Part shown: piece by piece, positions 29,001 through 42,228 of the stretch
How positions within the stretch are numbered: the first letter of the stretch is position 1
Layout of the letters: each line of letters begins with the position of its first letter
Assembly: GCA_905331295.1 (NCBI GenBank)
Contig: CAJNYD010000578.1
Span: forward strand, 1 to 61,872
DNA: 61,872 nt
Origin: Rotaria socialis
Lineage: Eukaryota
Direction of reading: 5' to 3'
Notes under the pieces: model-generated
Told to the model about the DNA's origin: nothing
The model's input: only the letters and a program-made list of their open reading frames with translations
Databases searched by the model: none
Made by a program: the position numbers and the translations under genes

Positions 29001-32000
29001 TGGATATATTAACACTTCAAGATTGCTGTAATCCACGAAACATCCTTAATAACAACGAATTCGAAAAGAATCTATAATTAGCTCTCAGATTGCCACATTT
29101 TGCTGTTCGCAACTATCACAACGAAAGCTGAAAAATATAACAAACTACTATTATTACATAGTAGCGATGTAACCAGTCGTATCACGGAACAGAAGTCGTG
29201 GGTTCCACATTTTAGCCTCTTTTAAAAGCAACGCTGCAAGCTTTTTTTTTATATAAAACTCTCACTTATGGATATCTGTAACGATCTACAAATATCGTGG
29301 TAACCTCAGGGTAACTAAAGAAAAAGGGAAAATCTAATAGGATAATCCTTGCGTGATGAATTCTTTTCATCGAACTCTAATTTCAACTATTTGTATAGAT
29401 TTCAAAAGACGATCATAGTGATACATTCGCTATTGAATATGGACAAACCTTAAATTTATTAACAATTAATTTATATTGATCAAATGAAACTTCCGTATTC
29501 ATTGTATCACTCATCGATCGTTCCATAGTTGCCATCCAAGTTTCGACAAGATGAAATCTAAAACAAAATCTCATTGATTCATGTTTTATTTTTGTTATGT
29601 ACAACGCACTTCTCCTCAAATTCTTGCCATTTTTTCGGTATTGTTTGAAGTTTTCTTCTGACATTATCAATTTTTGCTTGCATACGTGCCCAATAATCAT
29701 TTAATTTTGCTGTACGCTGATCAATTTGTTCATTTTCATGTGTCGTATCTTTATCTTTCGAACGTATATCATTCGCATAGGAATGCAAATTTCTAAGATG
29801 TGTTTCTATCGTCGGATGAAAATTATTCAATTGAAAATGTTCATTATGGCGTCGTAAAATATCTACAGTATCTAATTGGCGTTCTAATAGACGAAGTTCA
29901 TCGTTGAGTTCATCTTCGGCTTGTTTCAATTCTTTGACAACGATGCATTCGACACGTTCATATTGTAAACGTAGAAGACGTATTGGAGCGAAACATATAA
30001 TCGTATTCCATTTGGATTCAAGCGAATCCATAAGAAATTGAATATCTTTTTGTTCGGTTTGATCACGAATATGTAAAAGCTCTTGGCCAGATTTAATAAA
30101 GCCATGAAGAATTTCATCGTCAACCATTTGAAAGAAATTCTTATGTTTCTGTATAAGATAAGCAGAATCTTCATGTTTCTCGTTGACTATTTCTTGTGCT
30201 TGATCGATCCATTCTTCCAGACGTTTTAAACGTTGATGAAAACCTTTCCACAGTTGAGAATGTAGAGTAAATTCCTTTTCCCAATACGACGTTTGATGAC
30301 AAATTTGCTACAAATAATTAGGAGAAAAACAATTTTATTTGAAAAAGAAAATTTCTATAAACATACTTCAAACGTGTCTGCTAATTGTTTATATTGTTCA
30401 TCGACGGGTAAGAAATTTAATGGAATGAAATTTTCATTCGATTTTTTCATAGTACCGATTAATTTAGATTTACTTTCGATTAACGATTGATAATAACTCA
30501 TATCAGCAAAGAAATTCTACAGAAAACAAAAACCTATACGAAATAAAAATCAATACGAACGATTACGTACTCGATGTTGTTCAAGAAAATCTTCAATACG
30601 TTTAACAGGAACTTGAATCGAATACCGAGAAAATAATTGTTTAGCGTCATTTAACCATTGTTGACATTTTTGTATACCATCATCGAATTTCTGTAAATGC
30701 CCAAGCATAATTTTATTCCGTTTCAATGTCAACGGTAAATATTCCTGAACATGTTGTAATTTATCAAAGCAAATTTGTAAAAGAGAATTCATTTCAGCCG
30801 TTGCATTTGCTTCGCCACTTTCACGTGCTATGGTTTGGCTTAATTTCGAAAGTACTTGAACTGTTTGATTGAACACATCTAATTCCGCTTGAGCATCCTA
30901 AGCAGGAAAAAATAGAATTGTTTTATTCTTTTTTCTCGATTTCATTCTTACATAAAGACGATTTTCTTGTTCTTTAAGCGTTTTCATTGTACATGGTAAA
31001 TAATCTTGCATCTCGCGTTCTATCCTATCTAATGTATCTAATAGTTTAGCACGGCCAGCATAGAATTCATCGCGTTTTTTCTTTATCGATTCATCGTGTT
31101 TAAATTGGTGCACTGACTCAATGACTTCTTTCCATCGACGATTGATAAATAACAATTTATTATGTAGTACGACACTATTTTCATCATCACATACAGACAG
31201 TAAACGTTCAATAGCCAAACGTAATTCGTCATGAATTTGAGCCCAATGTTCCACATTTGAGAAGAATTCCTATTAAGATGATAACAAATTGTATTGTATA
31301 TATTTAAATACATGAAATTCGGAAAAAATCAGTCTTGTCCAGACGCTTTATAATATGGAAATACCATAGGCGTGTATCCTGATGAAAATAGTCTTGACAG
31401 TGGAAGTCCGTCCGAGTTCAAGATTTTTGAAGACAAAAGCGGGGTTGAGTTCTACTCGATGGGCTCTTCTGCAGAGGGTCGGAAAACATGGCACTATGTT
31501 AAAATATTCAAAGTAGGAATCGATCATATCATTTGAGACAGGAATTTAAATAGTATTCATATTTTTCCAGAAATTATGTTCTCGGCAGGAGTGTAACCAT
31601 TTTTGTCTTCAGCTATTCTCAACAGAGATGATATCTAAACTTGTCCGAACGATCCTTGAACGTCACTGTAGGCTTGCTGCATATCTTAATGCTCGTTTAT
31701 TAAAACATCCTAACAGCAAATCATTTTGTTCAATATTAATCTACAGGTGTCAAAAATTTTCAAGCATAAAGTTAGACAGAACTACTGTTATAAATCTATC
31801 GCAGCGTTCTATATGAATTTATGTTAATTGGAAGAAAAGCTCGATGTCCTATTAGCTGATTGAATTTTCTCGAAATGGGTCTACACGAATCTATTATATA
31901 CCGACTGATTTATTTCAAGGTCGAAGAAGCTTTTTATCTATTTGCAGAATTTTCTCTCTCTTGACAATGATATGCATATAGAAGCGATTGCCTCATGTAT

Positions 32001-35000
32001 GGTGTCAACTACGAAAACGTTTATCCCTGTTATTATGATAAGATTAAAAATTTAGTTTTATCGAAATCATAACAAACGTAAAGAATAGCAAATGCTTGTG
32101 TGCCTTCTGTTATTTGAAACCTTACTATTAACACTTACAAGTTTTTCTTCTGATGATCGCCGAAGAACATGTTCGCCTTCGTTTAACCAATTTTCTAATG
32201 AAGCGTATAAGTTATGATAGACTTTCCAACCACTAATTGTTTCTTGCAGCATATGCTCTTTAGCTTTAAGATCCACATTGAAACTTTTCAGAGTTTTACG
32301 AATATTTTCGCAATAGATATGAAATTCTCTTGCGACATGATCATCTTTTAAAAAAAAATAGAAAAAAAAAAACGTATTTTAAATTAATCAAAACTAACAG
32401 ACGAAAAAAGCACAACCTTTTTTTCCCAATTGAGTATAACTTTGTGATCGTCGAGTCAATTCAGGTAATAAACTTTCAATACAATTCGGAAGTTTTTCTT
32501 CATAAATTTTTCTCTAAAATGAAATTTATTTTATATTTTTATTCCGAAAGTCTAAGAAAATAATTTTTTGTCATACTTTAAATTCATCATACAATCGTTC
32601 GGTATGATGATTATCGCCTTGTTTTTTATTTAATTCCATAATGAAATATTCTAATTGTTCGAAAAATTTTTGTACTTTCCAATGTAATTCTTCGAAGTCT
32701 AAAAATCGTCCACGTTCTTCACTAGCATTCATAATTATATCGAGACGTTCGTTTAGATTCGTTAAATGTTCAAGCGAAATTTGTTTATTAATAACCGATG
32801 CATCACGTTTATGACATTGAAATGAGTGTAGAATAGATTCTTTATTGTTAAAAATCGCCTATAAAATAAAAGTCGATTACATCTTATGTGAATCAATAAT
32901 AATAATAAACTATTTACCGCATGTTCTTGATTAAGTTGATTGAAACGTTGAATGTTCTCTTCCGGCGATGATTTTAATCGATCAAAACCAAGTGGTCGTG
33001 CTAAAACTTGTTCGGCTGTATTAATCCAGTCAGCTATTCGACCTAGTTCACCTGGAAGACTTGAATCTAATTTACATCTCCATCGATTCATTCTTTAAAT
33101 CGAAAAATAAATATAAATTCGGTCGACGTTCTTCGTTTTTACCTTATTGTGATATCATCAAAGGCGTCTCTTAATTCTTTTAATTTTTCACCGGGAAAAT
33201 GTGGAGATTTAGATTCTTTACGTTCGAATACTTTCCACTGCTTTTGCTTTTCAATAAATTGCTTTAGTAGTTTTACATACTCCTATATAAATATGAGAAG
33301 AAAGAAATGTTTGTATCGTTTTGTTTACTTTTACTATAATATCGATTCGCTCTTTTTTACACTTTTTGGTTGATTAACGAGAAAAAAATGAATATTTACT
33401 TTATATTCAGCTATAATGTCTTGAATAGGTGCATCAACAACGATCGCTAAGCGTTGTCGAATATCGGCAATCCAACGGAGAAATTCTCCGTGTTCTTTGT
33501 TCACAGATCCGAATGGCTAATTGAATACAAAAAGAAACAGTTTAATGGACAAAGAAATCGATAAACATACCAAGTCAGGAAATCGACGAGAGAATTGAGC
33601 AACATAGGTCATTATAGATTTTTCGTCTGGTTTATTTACATCAACATCTATGAATGACAAACGGAAAAATTTTATTTAATAAACGGCTTTGAAATGGGGG
33701 ATGATCGTCTCGGTAAAGACTACTCTTAGAAATCGCATTTGATTAGTCTTACAGAAAAAGATTTCTATATGCGCCGGCAAAACTACACATGTTCTCAAAT
33801 TAGATTCGCGTGCTATTTAACTTGAAGCTTTGCCGAAAAATTCAGTACTCAAATATGAAAATGAACTTTGATTTCTATAGGTAGGTAAATGCACTTTTAA
33901 AAATGAGTTCTTTTTTCCAAGTATTGATTATTAGTTGGTATGAAAGTTCGGGTCAGTTTTGATTGGTCGATTAAAATCAATCATTAAATACTTCACATGG
34001 CAGGAAGTTTAGTAGTAGCAACAACGTGTTCAAACAGGAAAAAATATTCTTACGGTTCAAATACGTTTACAGGTGATGCAAACGTTTGACAATCGGCTAT
34101 TTCTTCTTGGAAGTAAATTTTTAATAAAAATGAAGAAATCAATCAATCATTCTGTGAATGCATTCATTTCTCCTGATATTACTATTAACAACATTTTATA
34201 CAAAAGAAGAAATAATTTCTTATATCAATCGTAAGATTATGTGTTTGCTGTAGGACTATTTGTTGCTGTTATGTCTGCAGAACATATTTTTCTAACGACG
34301 AAAGATAGTAGATCATGCAGATTGTAAAATAGTTTAGTATGAACAAGGAAGAAAATAAACTATAATTAGATTTCTATCGTTTCTCGAAAAGCAAGTGACA
34401 TACTTGACTGAAAACTGTGAACTTTTATTAGGAAATCTTACAAATTCCGTAACCTATTTTTAGCTATTCATAGACATCGACCTGTAGCATTGAAAAACGA
34501 AAACTATTGAAAATTCTGAATGCTTTGCATGAGCGTATTAGTTTTTACTGCTAAGAATATGTTACTTATGAATTTATTCTCACGCACAGATTTTTTTAAA
34601 TTTTCAGATGCTTCAGAATTCCAGAAAAAAAACTGAATGGTTGATTAAATAAGCATTCGAGAGTCTAACAAACCTTCCGCATCAATTAAACGTGGTACAC
34701 CAAGTTGTTGTTCAGCAACAGTAAATGCATTTTCTAATCTTTCTCGAATATCCATTCGGGTAACACGACGTAGATCGACCAAATCAGGCCTAATTGCATG
34801 AATTAATGCATTAAAAGCAAGACCATCACGCCAACTCGATGTAAAATCTCGCACGTCCAAACCATCAATTTGTCTAAGAAATTAAAAACAATAAAATTTC
34901 AAGATCTATTCTCATTAGCGAAACTATTCCAAAGAAGACAACCGAGAAGAGATAAGAATACAGTCTCATACAAGGCTTACCGAAGCTCGTCAGAGGATGA

Positions 35001-36951
35001 ATAATATCTAAATTATCATTCTTTTTATAGTCAAGATAAATATTTTTTCCAAAAGTCCAACAGAACTCAATAGTGAAGCTTAAAATTCACAATAACATAC
35101 CCTGATGTTTTCTTTCGAACCCATCCGAGGAGAGCTTCTTTTGCTTTACTACGATTATCTTTTGAATTTTCATCAAACATGCTTGAATCTTCAATCTAAG
35201 ATTAAAAAATATCAATAAAAACATCTTCAAAAAAGAAGTATCAACTAAATTTCAAAGAAAATAGATCAAATCAATATCAACTTTCAAGTATGTCTAAGAT
35301 ATATTTTAAGTACAACGAAATCGCTCGAGAGCAATAATTTGAAGGACATGCATTGTACACAATCAAATATAAGTTTGTTTTTTCGTTCTTTTTCAATAAT
35401 TAAAATTTATCTTTGGCTCAAACTTACTGATTTGGATTTATTTTATTCGTTGTCAAATTTCTTACATCACGACAAACGATATTCAACGCTTTAAAGCGTG
35501 AGGATATACTCTAAATACTTCATTCTTTTATTCAGTGTAATATGAAACTTAAATCGTTTTATTCTTTGACTTTATTTATTCAGTAAGGTTCAATTTCCTT
35601 TTTTTTCTTTTTTTTACAAATATCGATGCTTATCAAAAACGTTTTTCAGCAATTTCGTGCTTCCAAATCATTGCTATGTTAAAATTTTAGGATCTTGTCT
35701 CTAACTTCTATTATAAAATTCGAACAACACTATTTGAAATCTCTCGTATTCATGATGTTCGCTATGCGAAAATTATCTTCCTTGAAAAGACGAAACTATT
35801 CATTTTATACGAAGTATCTTAGCAGCGCAATACGCTACAGATTTCAAGTGTTTCCAAGGTATTCGTAACTAATTTAGTTTTTACATCATGCGTATTGTCT
35901 CGCCTCGAAAGCGACTTATGGATTGAGAGGCTTCCTTTACAAGACAAAAATTTTATTTGAGAACTTTTTTTTTAAATATACCTGGTAACATAAAATTAAC
36001 ATCCATATTAAACCCAAAATCATCATTGGTTTTCCATCGACTATATCAATTGGACGTATATTGACTAGTTTGATCTTGAAATAATTATAAATTGAGTTAT
36101 GTAAACCTTACTTTTTTTTCTTTTTGATATCGATTACCTTTCGACTTTCAAGATATTTTAATGCATTGTCGACATTGCTAAGACAATGAGCACGTTTTTT
36201 TCCTCGTTCTATTGGCTAAAAATCAACAACAACAACAACAGAAACAACAACATGGCATTGAATTATGTTTCCGATTTTTACGAACCAATGTTTGTCCTGA
36301 AAGAACTTCAAGCAGAGCAACAAGTTTTGTTCCATCTTGAAAATCTTCGAATAGATCGTTAATGTAGTACGCTGGTTCATGTAATGATAAATAAATATTA
36401 ACCCATTTGGTAAATGTTTTCTTTTGAACTCGTTCTTGTTCATCTAATGGAATAGAATAAATATCAATAAAAATTTGTCTTCTATTTGCGTTTGTAAACC
36501 TGTTTGAAATGAAGTCGAAATAATACTTCCATTCAGTGATGTTTGTCTAATAAGACAATGGCATGATCCGGGCTGATTACAACAAACTTTTCTTAATTTT
36601 TTCTTGATCATTATTTTCTTACCAATGAAAGTGAAAAAAAACTCGAAATGACTACAAGGTTTTCTTTTAATTTCATTGTTTTAAAGCGAACAGATGCGCG
36701 CATCTGTTGATTACTATCTCTAATCAGCCACAGAACGTTCCTGACTTCTTCTCTCTTGTTTTACTGTTTTACATCGAAGAAAGAACAAAACACATTTTTG
36801 ATATACATATCTTACTTTGAAGTGTACTGATACTTTCTTCCAATTGACTACGAGTGGAAACTGATCGAGGACTAATAACAGTTGTATTTGGAATAATAGT
36901 TGCTATACGAGAAGCAGTTGGTGATGGAACTATTCGAGTTGGACTGGCCAT
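5088..36951 (-). CDS. SYNE1: Giant nesprin-1/MSP-300-like protein (tandem CH actin-binding domain plus many spectrin-repeat-like segments), multi-exon
   Basis: ATG at 36951 (MASPTRIVPSP...). Exon 1 ends at a GT donor (36815) and splices to NEQERVQKKTFTKWVN. Dozens of minus-strand ORF fragments between 5.1 and 33.5 kb encode Q/E/L/K-rich helices with spectrin-type Trp (e.g. IEQRWIKVQHRL, LNNRWEILNG, LESKWNTI, IVRQWTEIEQ), bounded by GT-AG introns. The last inferred intron (5151-5103) gives ...NNFQ|RLYQ* with TGA at 5090-5088. Not every exon boundary was mapped. Confidence 0.88.
9837..9863 (-). other. Candidate 27-nt in-frame microexon (NRKTPRKET) in the nesprin-like gene
   Basis: Minus strand reads ttttatag|AATCGAAAAACTCCTCGCAAAGAGACG|gtaatc. 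It is phase 0 on both sides, matching the flanking exons (...LYT| and |LLLRYNE...). TGCATG motifs lie in the downstream intron. Confidence 0.55.
21468..21896. mobile_element. hAT-type MITE in a nesprin intron
   Basis: TIRs tagagggctgcagggtgca / tgcaccctgcagagctcta; 8-bp TSD gaattaag (21460-21467) / gaatcaag (21897-21904); internal gccct and aacctg repeats. Confidence 0.85.
24687..24990 (+). mobile_element. Helentron-associated (DINE-1/HINE-like) non-autonomous element, probably truncated, in a nesprin intron
   Basis: T-run, then a 5' hairpin gtactca-aagag-tgagtac, then gtgtgtccggccgttaacgcgataactc...ccaattgtcttgaaatttggtacacag, which is the layout of HINE 5' cores. The 3' end is not defined. 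Confidence 0.5.
26864..27290. mobile_element. MITE-like element in a nesprin intron
   Basis: Left tgactaataatcaaggggaaaacggaggattattgggatttt is an imperfect reverse complement of the right end aaaatcccaaatccgccttttccccttgttaataatagtca. Confidence 0.75.
33571..36443 (-). other. Exons encoding the N-terminal tandem calponin-homology (CH1-CH2) domain of the nesprin-like gene
   Basis: Spliced translation: EQERVQKKTFTKWVNIYL...[78 protein letters not shown]...ALLGWVRKKT...DVRDFTSSWRDGLAFNALIHAIRPDLVD...[39 protein letters not shown]. This is a canonical spectrin-superfamily actin-binding domain of the nesprin type. Confidence 0.93.
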
Positions 36952-37065
36952 ATATTTTAATGAATTATCAATCTTGAAAAATACAGAAATAGAGCAGAAA
37001 AATTTTCTTTTTTTTTCATAAATACATATATAACATTCGTATGTGAAAAAGAACAATAGACGGGA

Positions 37066-37096
37066 AAGAAGAAGAAGAAGAAGAAGAAGAAGAAGA
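37066..37096. repeat. (GAA)n microsatellite just upstream of the nesprin-like start
   Basis: Run of gaa units. Confidence 0.9.
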
Positions 37097-37737
37097 AAAA
37101 AACTCTTGTTTAATCACATTTTTCTTTGTTTGCTATTAAAATTCGGATTCAAGGTGTATCAATGAAAAAAAAACTTTTTTTTTATTTCATTCTCTTGTTA
37201 CTGATATAGAATTAATTGAAAAAAAATCAAAAAAAAATTGACTTTCAAGATAGATGCATGCGGTATATAGTAGTATGTAGTGTAAGATCAAAACAATATG
37301 TTCATGATTTGGCTTCGTCATAAGACAAGATGAAATGTATGCTTATTATATATATATATATATAAATGCAAAAGAAACGAACGAAGACAGAAGACCAACA
37401 TTGAACTTTCTATTTTCTTTCGTATTTCATTGTTCATTATCGTTAATTTCGATGTACTCCTTTCATAATCAGCATTATTCAATGCCATACAAAAATGATG
37501 GTTCAATTCTTATTTAGGTTTCACCAAATATCAAATATACATGTCTTTTTATTTTCAGTCAAATCTAATCTATATTTGATGTCATAAATTATATAAATTA
37601 ATTTGATTGTCTGCTTTCATTTACTTGCCTCGTTGTAATAAAAAAAAGAATGCGTTTCGATTTCAATATACCGTCAACCACAAAAGGTAAAACACTTGAT
37701 AGTTCAAGTGTATGCATGTGGTTTTTTTGATGTTGTA

Positions 37738-37764
<27 letters not shown>
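37738..37764. repeat. (CT)n microsatellite
   Basis: Run of ct dinucleotides. Confidence 0.9.
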
Positions 37765-37768
<4 letters not shown>

Positions 37769-38994
37769 TTTTATGCTCATAATAATGAAAAAAATTGAAA
37801 ATTAGACTAAAAAGTATACATATATATATATATAAATGTCTTTTTCTTGTTCTATTCTTTATCAATATGAATATAAGAAAAAAAGAATTGATTATTAATT
37901 TTTTTTTGTTACATACTTGAATCAATACTTTTTTTTTCGTCTGTTCTTTTCTAGATTTTGTTTAATATAAAATAAATATAAATTGTATCTTTAAGCATGA
38001 AATGAAATTATAAGATGAAAACTATCAATTTCATTTCAACCTTGAAAAACAATAAAGTTTGTTTGAAAACTATTAATAAAAAAACAAGCAATTCTATTTA
38101 TTTTTTAGTCATAAGATCAACTGATCATTATATTTAAAGAACAGTGCTTTTAATTTACAAGAACAAACGGTATATACATATATTGAGAACGAGAGACTCT
38201 TGAAATAATGTCTCGCCACTATCGAACAATTGTTCTAACGTTCAAAAACACGTGAACAATGACGTTGATGACGTGTTCGATAAAACAAACGAATTTACTT
38301 TGAAGTATTATGCGTGCTACGAATATATATATATATATATATATATGAATGACTTATTGTTTGAAAATAATTAAGATTTATTTTATGTTATGTTTGACAA
38401 AATCTAACAAGTATATCAACATTATCAAGCGAAAACAAAAAATATTTTGATAACATACGTTCCTATGTGAATAATAATTTTAAGGAAAATATTTATTTAA
38501 CATTTTAATAACTAATCTTGCTATAGTCAATCGAAAGAATTGGCATATGCCTGTAAAGAACGTGATAGATGATTGTGGATTTCCTATCTAAGATTTTTGA
38601 AAAAGAATAATGCATTTTCTTGACGGTCAGTTTCTATTGATTTCCTGTTAAATATATTTATTACAGTTGTAAAATTTGAATAAGCAAAGATTTCAAAAAC
38701 GAACTTCTTTAATATTGAAGAGATCACTCGATTGTCAAAATCTGATTGATTACGAGTGCTACTATGTTGCAAGAATGCTTTAGGATTATTTAAATTCAAT
38801 AAACTAATTATTATTTTCATTAATGAACCTTCATATGGCGCACGAAACCATATAAATATAATACGATGGTCACAGCAAATGTCTTCATGTCATCAAGTCT
38901 ATTATTCTTTTAATATGCATTAATATTCGAGCAGATTTTAACAAAAATAAGCATAAGGTAGATGTGACGAACGTTTGAAAAATTTTAAGTCTAC

Positions 38995-39383
38995 ATATAT
39001 ATGCCGGAGTTGACTCTAAAATGCAGTTGCCTTTAAAAGGTAACTAGTTATGTTTAAAATCGTGAAATCAACTAGGATGGAGCTAGTCGACTTTAAAATG
39101 TATAATCATGAAGTTGTCATTGATGTGATAAATAACATTTTATTCAATAGATGGGTGTGTGGGTGTGGGTCTGGATATGGTTTTTAGTCTTACCTACGCC
39201 CACACCCCACACGCACCGACACCCTCAAGTCAACTAGCTCCATCCAGTTGATTTTAATCTCAACTAGTTGTCTCTAAAATTGAAGAGTCAACTAGCTCCA
39301 TCCTAGTTGACTTCACAGTTTTAAACACAACTAGTTGCCTTTTAAAGGCAACTGAATTTCAGAGTCAACTCCGACATATATAT
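38995..39383. mobile_element. Foldback MITE with long (about 100 bp) inverted arms in a TA-rich site
   Basis: atgccggagttgactctaaaatgcagttgcctttaaaaggtaactagtt...caactaggatggagctagtcgac is mirrored by gtcaactagctccatcctagttgac...aactagttgccttttaaaggcaactgaatttcagagtcaactccgacat. Flanked by (TA)n. Confidence 0.9.
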
Positions 39384-40893
39384 ATTTTTTTTTCTTGTTT
39401 CTACTAAATTCTTTACGTTTTCCGGCTAACGCATAGTTGCAATTTATTCAACAGTGTACCTATCACTGGAAATTTATATTGAGTAATAAGTCGCTATACT
39501 AATAAACTAATCATACAAATATTAGAAGCTGATATCTCACGTGAAAATATATCGGAAGAACATTCTGACCCAAAGTCTCAGATGCATTACAAAAATAAGA
39601 GAAATTTCTAACAAGGAAAAGAAATACTTTTTTGAATTTTTTTCTAAAAGCTGTATCACTTGTGATCTCATAAATATAATTTTACCGGTTTCACAATTTG
39701 CTTTTATTTTAACAAACATTTTTTGTGATTGATCAAATCTTTACGATGAAGCAAATCAAGAACAACAAATAATAGTCATTATTTCTTTTTTGTTTAAAGC
39801 AACAGAATAGCAAGAATTTCAAAAGTTTGTTTTTCGTTTCAGCGATTTGTTTTTCTGCAATTTGCTTTCGATTATGTTCATTGGATTATAAATTTCTTCT
39901 AGTTATGTAATAGTCCGACACATCCCCTAATGACGATCTTATTCTCAGATTTTTGTGCATTTGATTCATGCAAACTATCGCAATTGTTTTCAAAACGAAT
40001 CATATGTTTGCAATTTTTGGAGCATAAGGACCTTTTAGTTGTACTCTATTGGCATATTTGCCATCTACAGTCAATGCTTTGTTTTTTCTCGTTGTCTTGT
40101 TCGCATTGAATTTAAATGACACCTAGCTCAGATTGAATAGTCGATATTTGATGGACTATTTTCTCAATTGAGATTTAAAGTCATGCTTTTGATGTTAAAA
40201 GATGCAGATTTCATTGATATGTTATTTTTTTCCAAAAGAAAAGAATCATTTACTGAATATTTTTAGAATGAGAAGTATTGAATGATTCATAGGATTGGTG
40301 CTTCTAATAGAATAAAATCTCAATTTTCTTCGCTAAAAGCTTTCCTTACATTATTCAAGCATAAAATGATAAGGTAAACAAGCAACATATTGCTTTTAGA
40401 TTCAAAAACAAAATTTCGAATCACGTTCTATGATTTTGAAAGCAGCACAAGAGTTGTCAAACAATTAATTTCCAATGCGTTTTTATCTAACGAAGAAGGT
40501 ACCATTAAAATCTATGCCAAATTCTCCATCACTAAGAGATATATTCTCACTCGATTCTGATAAACACAGACTTGAAAATCGGTTCGAACTTCAAAGTCTT
40601 GATCAATTCGACAAAATATGAATATCGAGTAAACCTACAGAAATGTTGCTTCAATGAACAAAGATCAATATCAGTGTCGATAAAAATCAGTATTTTCATT
40701 GAAAACAAATTACAATCAAAAACAAAAGAGAAAGCGACATAAATATATATATCCATTGTGAATCCATTCACCACAAGCAAATTCACTCACACTGTAGTCC
40801 GATATTTACAATCATAATTATATCTTAAAAAAATTACAAAAGTAAAAGCACCGGCAACTATATCCGCGCGCGTATACTCAACTATTTTGCTGC

Positions 40894-42228
40894 TTAATGA
40901 CGGACAGTAACATTTTCAGTTTCAGCTTTGAGTCTTAAGTAGGGTCCATGATAGAAAAGTAATATTAGTGTGCTACAAATCGTCGCACAAAGTATGAATA
41001 TAGAGGCGGGCGTAAATATAACACCTGATGTGTAGTTTGGAGCTTGTTGGATAAGTTTGTTGAGAACGAAACTGAACACACCACCAAGAACATTGCCAAC
41101 ACACAACAGTAACCCGATTGACCATGCAGCAGATATTGGATAGGTACACTCAATGGCACATTCGAATACAATTGGTAGAAGTGGTAATAGGAAGAAACCC
41201 ATCAGTGCAAAGGAGAGACCCAATGGGTAAAGCATAGATGGCCGAAGAATCACAATGAAATAAACAACTGAGCAACAAGCGCCTAAAATCAATACTTTAA
41301 GTATGGTAAGATAGGCATGTGTACAATCCATAATCACACCAACCATAGCAGCGCTCACAAGACCAGACAAAATTATAATGGCACCGAATAGGCCTGCATC
41401 TGAACTTGAATAGCCACTTGGTTGTATAAGTTCGTAGAGAAGTGAGATCAATGCATTGAAAAAGCCAAAACCGATACCGAAAGCAAGCAGGAGAACGAGA
41501 TAATGGCCATTTTTTAAGAGACGAGGAAAGTCTCGTTTGAAATCGCTCGTCTGTTGTTCATCGGAAGCTGATGGAGGCGTTGGTGGGTTTGATTGATAGC
41601 CGATAATTACTATTAACGCGACCACCGTACTAAAACCGGCCTCCACTGCAAAAACGATTAAAAACTGTTGAGAAGATGAACTGCTAGTGATGATAAGCGA
41701 TGGAAAGAGAAATCCAAAAGCAAAACCCAATGGATTGGCCATGGAACATACGGCTGTAATAATATCACGCTGTCCGCGTGCAAACCAACGAGTTGAAAAT
41801 TGAGCAGCCGCATTGAAAAAAATAGGTGCCGAAAGCCCAGGTAGAATTTGGCCAAGCACAAGTGCTGCGTAGCCTTGACTGGGTGCAATGAGAGAAAAAA
41901 GACGAATCCATGCTCCTAAATTCATCAGAGATCCTATAATCATCACTGTCCGCATAGAGAATCGTTGAATGGCCCACATTGACAGTAAAGTACCGGGAGC
42001 GTAGAGAAAAAGAGAGAGCACCACGAGCACAGTATTTTGAGTTGTAGAAATCGAAAAAAATGAGGTTGCTTGTGATTCGATTGGAGAAAATGTACTAAGG
42101 AAAATACCGTTGCAAAATGTAGCCAATGTATATATAATCAATTGAAGCCAACGAATAGAATAGACACGATAGTTTTCCGGTGGAACTGTGATAACGGGAC
42201 TAGATTTTGTTTTTCTTCTTGTTTTCAT
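40894..42228 (-). CDS. SLC49A3: MFS transporter, FLVCR/SLC49 (MFSD7-like) family; single coding exon, 444 aa
   Basis: Uninterrupted ORF with about 12 hydrophobic segments. It has N-terminal YRVYSIRW, GAWIR, the motif STRWF..QR.I.TA..SMANPLG and the loop PPTPPSAS typical of SLC49/FLVCR. The specific paralogue assignment is tentative. Confidence 0.85.
   Translation of the reverse strand: MKTRRKTKSSPVITVPPENYRVYSIRWLQLIIYTLATFCNGIFLSTFSPIESQATSFFSISTTQNTVLVVLSLFLYAPGTLLSMWAIQRFSMRTVMIIGSLMNLGAWIRLFSLIAPSQGYAALVLGQILPGLSAPIFFNAAAQFSTRWFARGQRDIITAVCSMANPLGFAFGFLFPSLIITSSSSSQQFLIVFAVEAGFSTVVALIVIIGYQSNPPTPPSASDEQQTSDFKRDFPRLLKNGHYLVLLLAFGIGFGFFNALISLLYELIQPSGYSSSDAGLFGAIIILSGLVSAAMVGVIMDCTHAYLTILKVLILGACCSVVYFIVILRPSMLYPLGLSFALMGFFLLPLLPIVFECAIECTYPISAAWSIGLLLCVGNVLGGVFSFVLNKLIQQAPNYTSGVIFTPASIFILCATICSTLILLFYHGPYLRLKAETENVTVRH

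Noticed and set aside
14448..33373. Plus-strand ORFs within the nesprin locus (e.g. 14448-14759, 20576-20857, 26565-26870, 27669-27947)
   Set aside because: Antisense shadows of coding exons or intronic repeats; no recognisable motifs.
33929..33975. Mariner-like TIR start (tattagttggtatgaaag)
   Set aside because: No matching opposite TIR or transposase remnant found.
5088..36951. Calling the many minus-strand ORFs separate genes, or calling the gene dystrophin or a spectraplakin
   Set aside because: The fragments join through canonical introns into one frame where checked. No WW/ZZ, plakin, EF-hand or GAS2 motifs were seen, and the CH1 sequence is nesprin-type.
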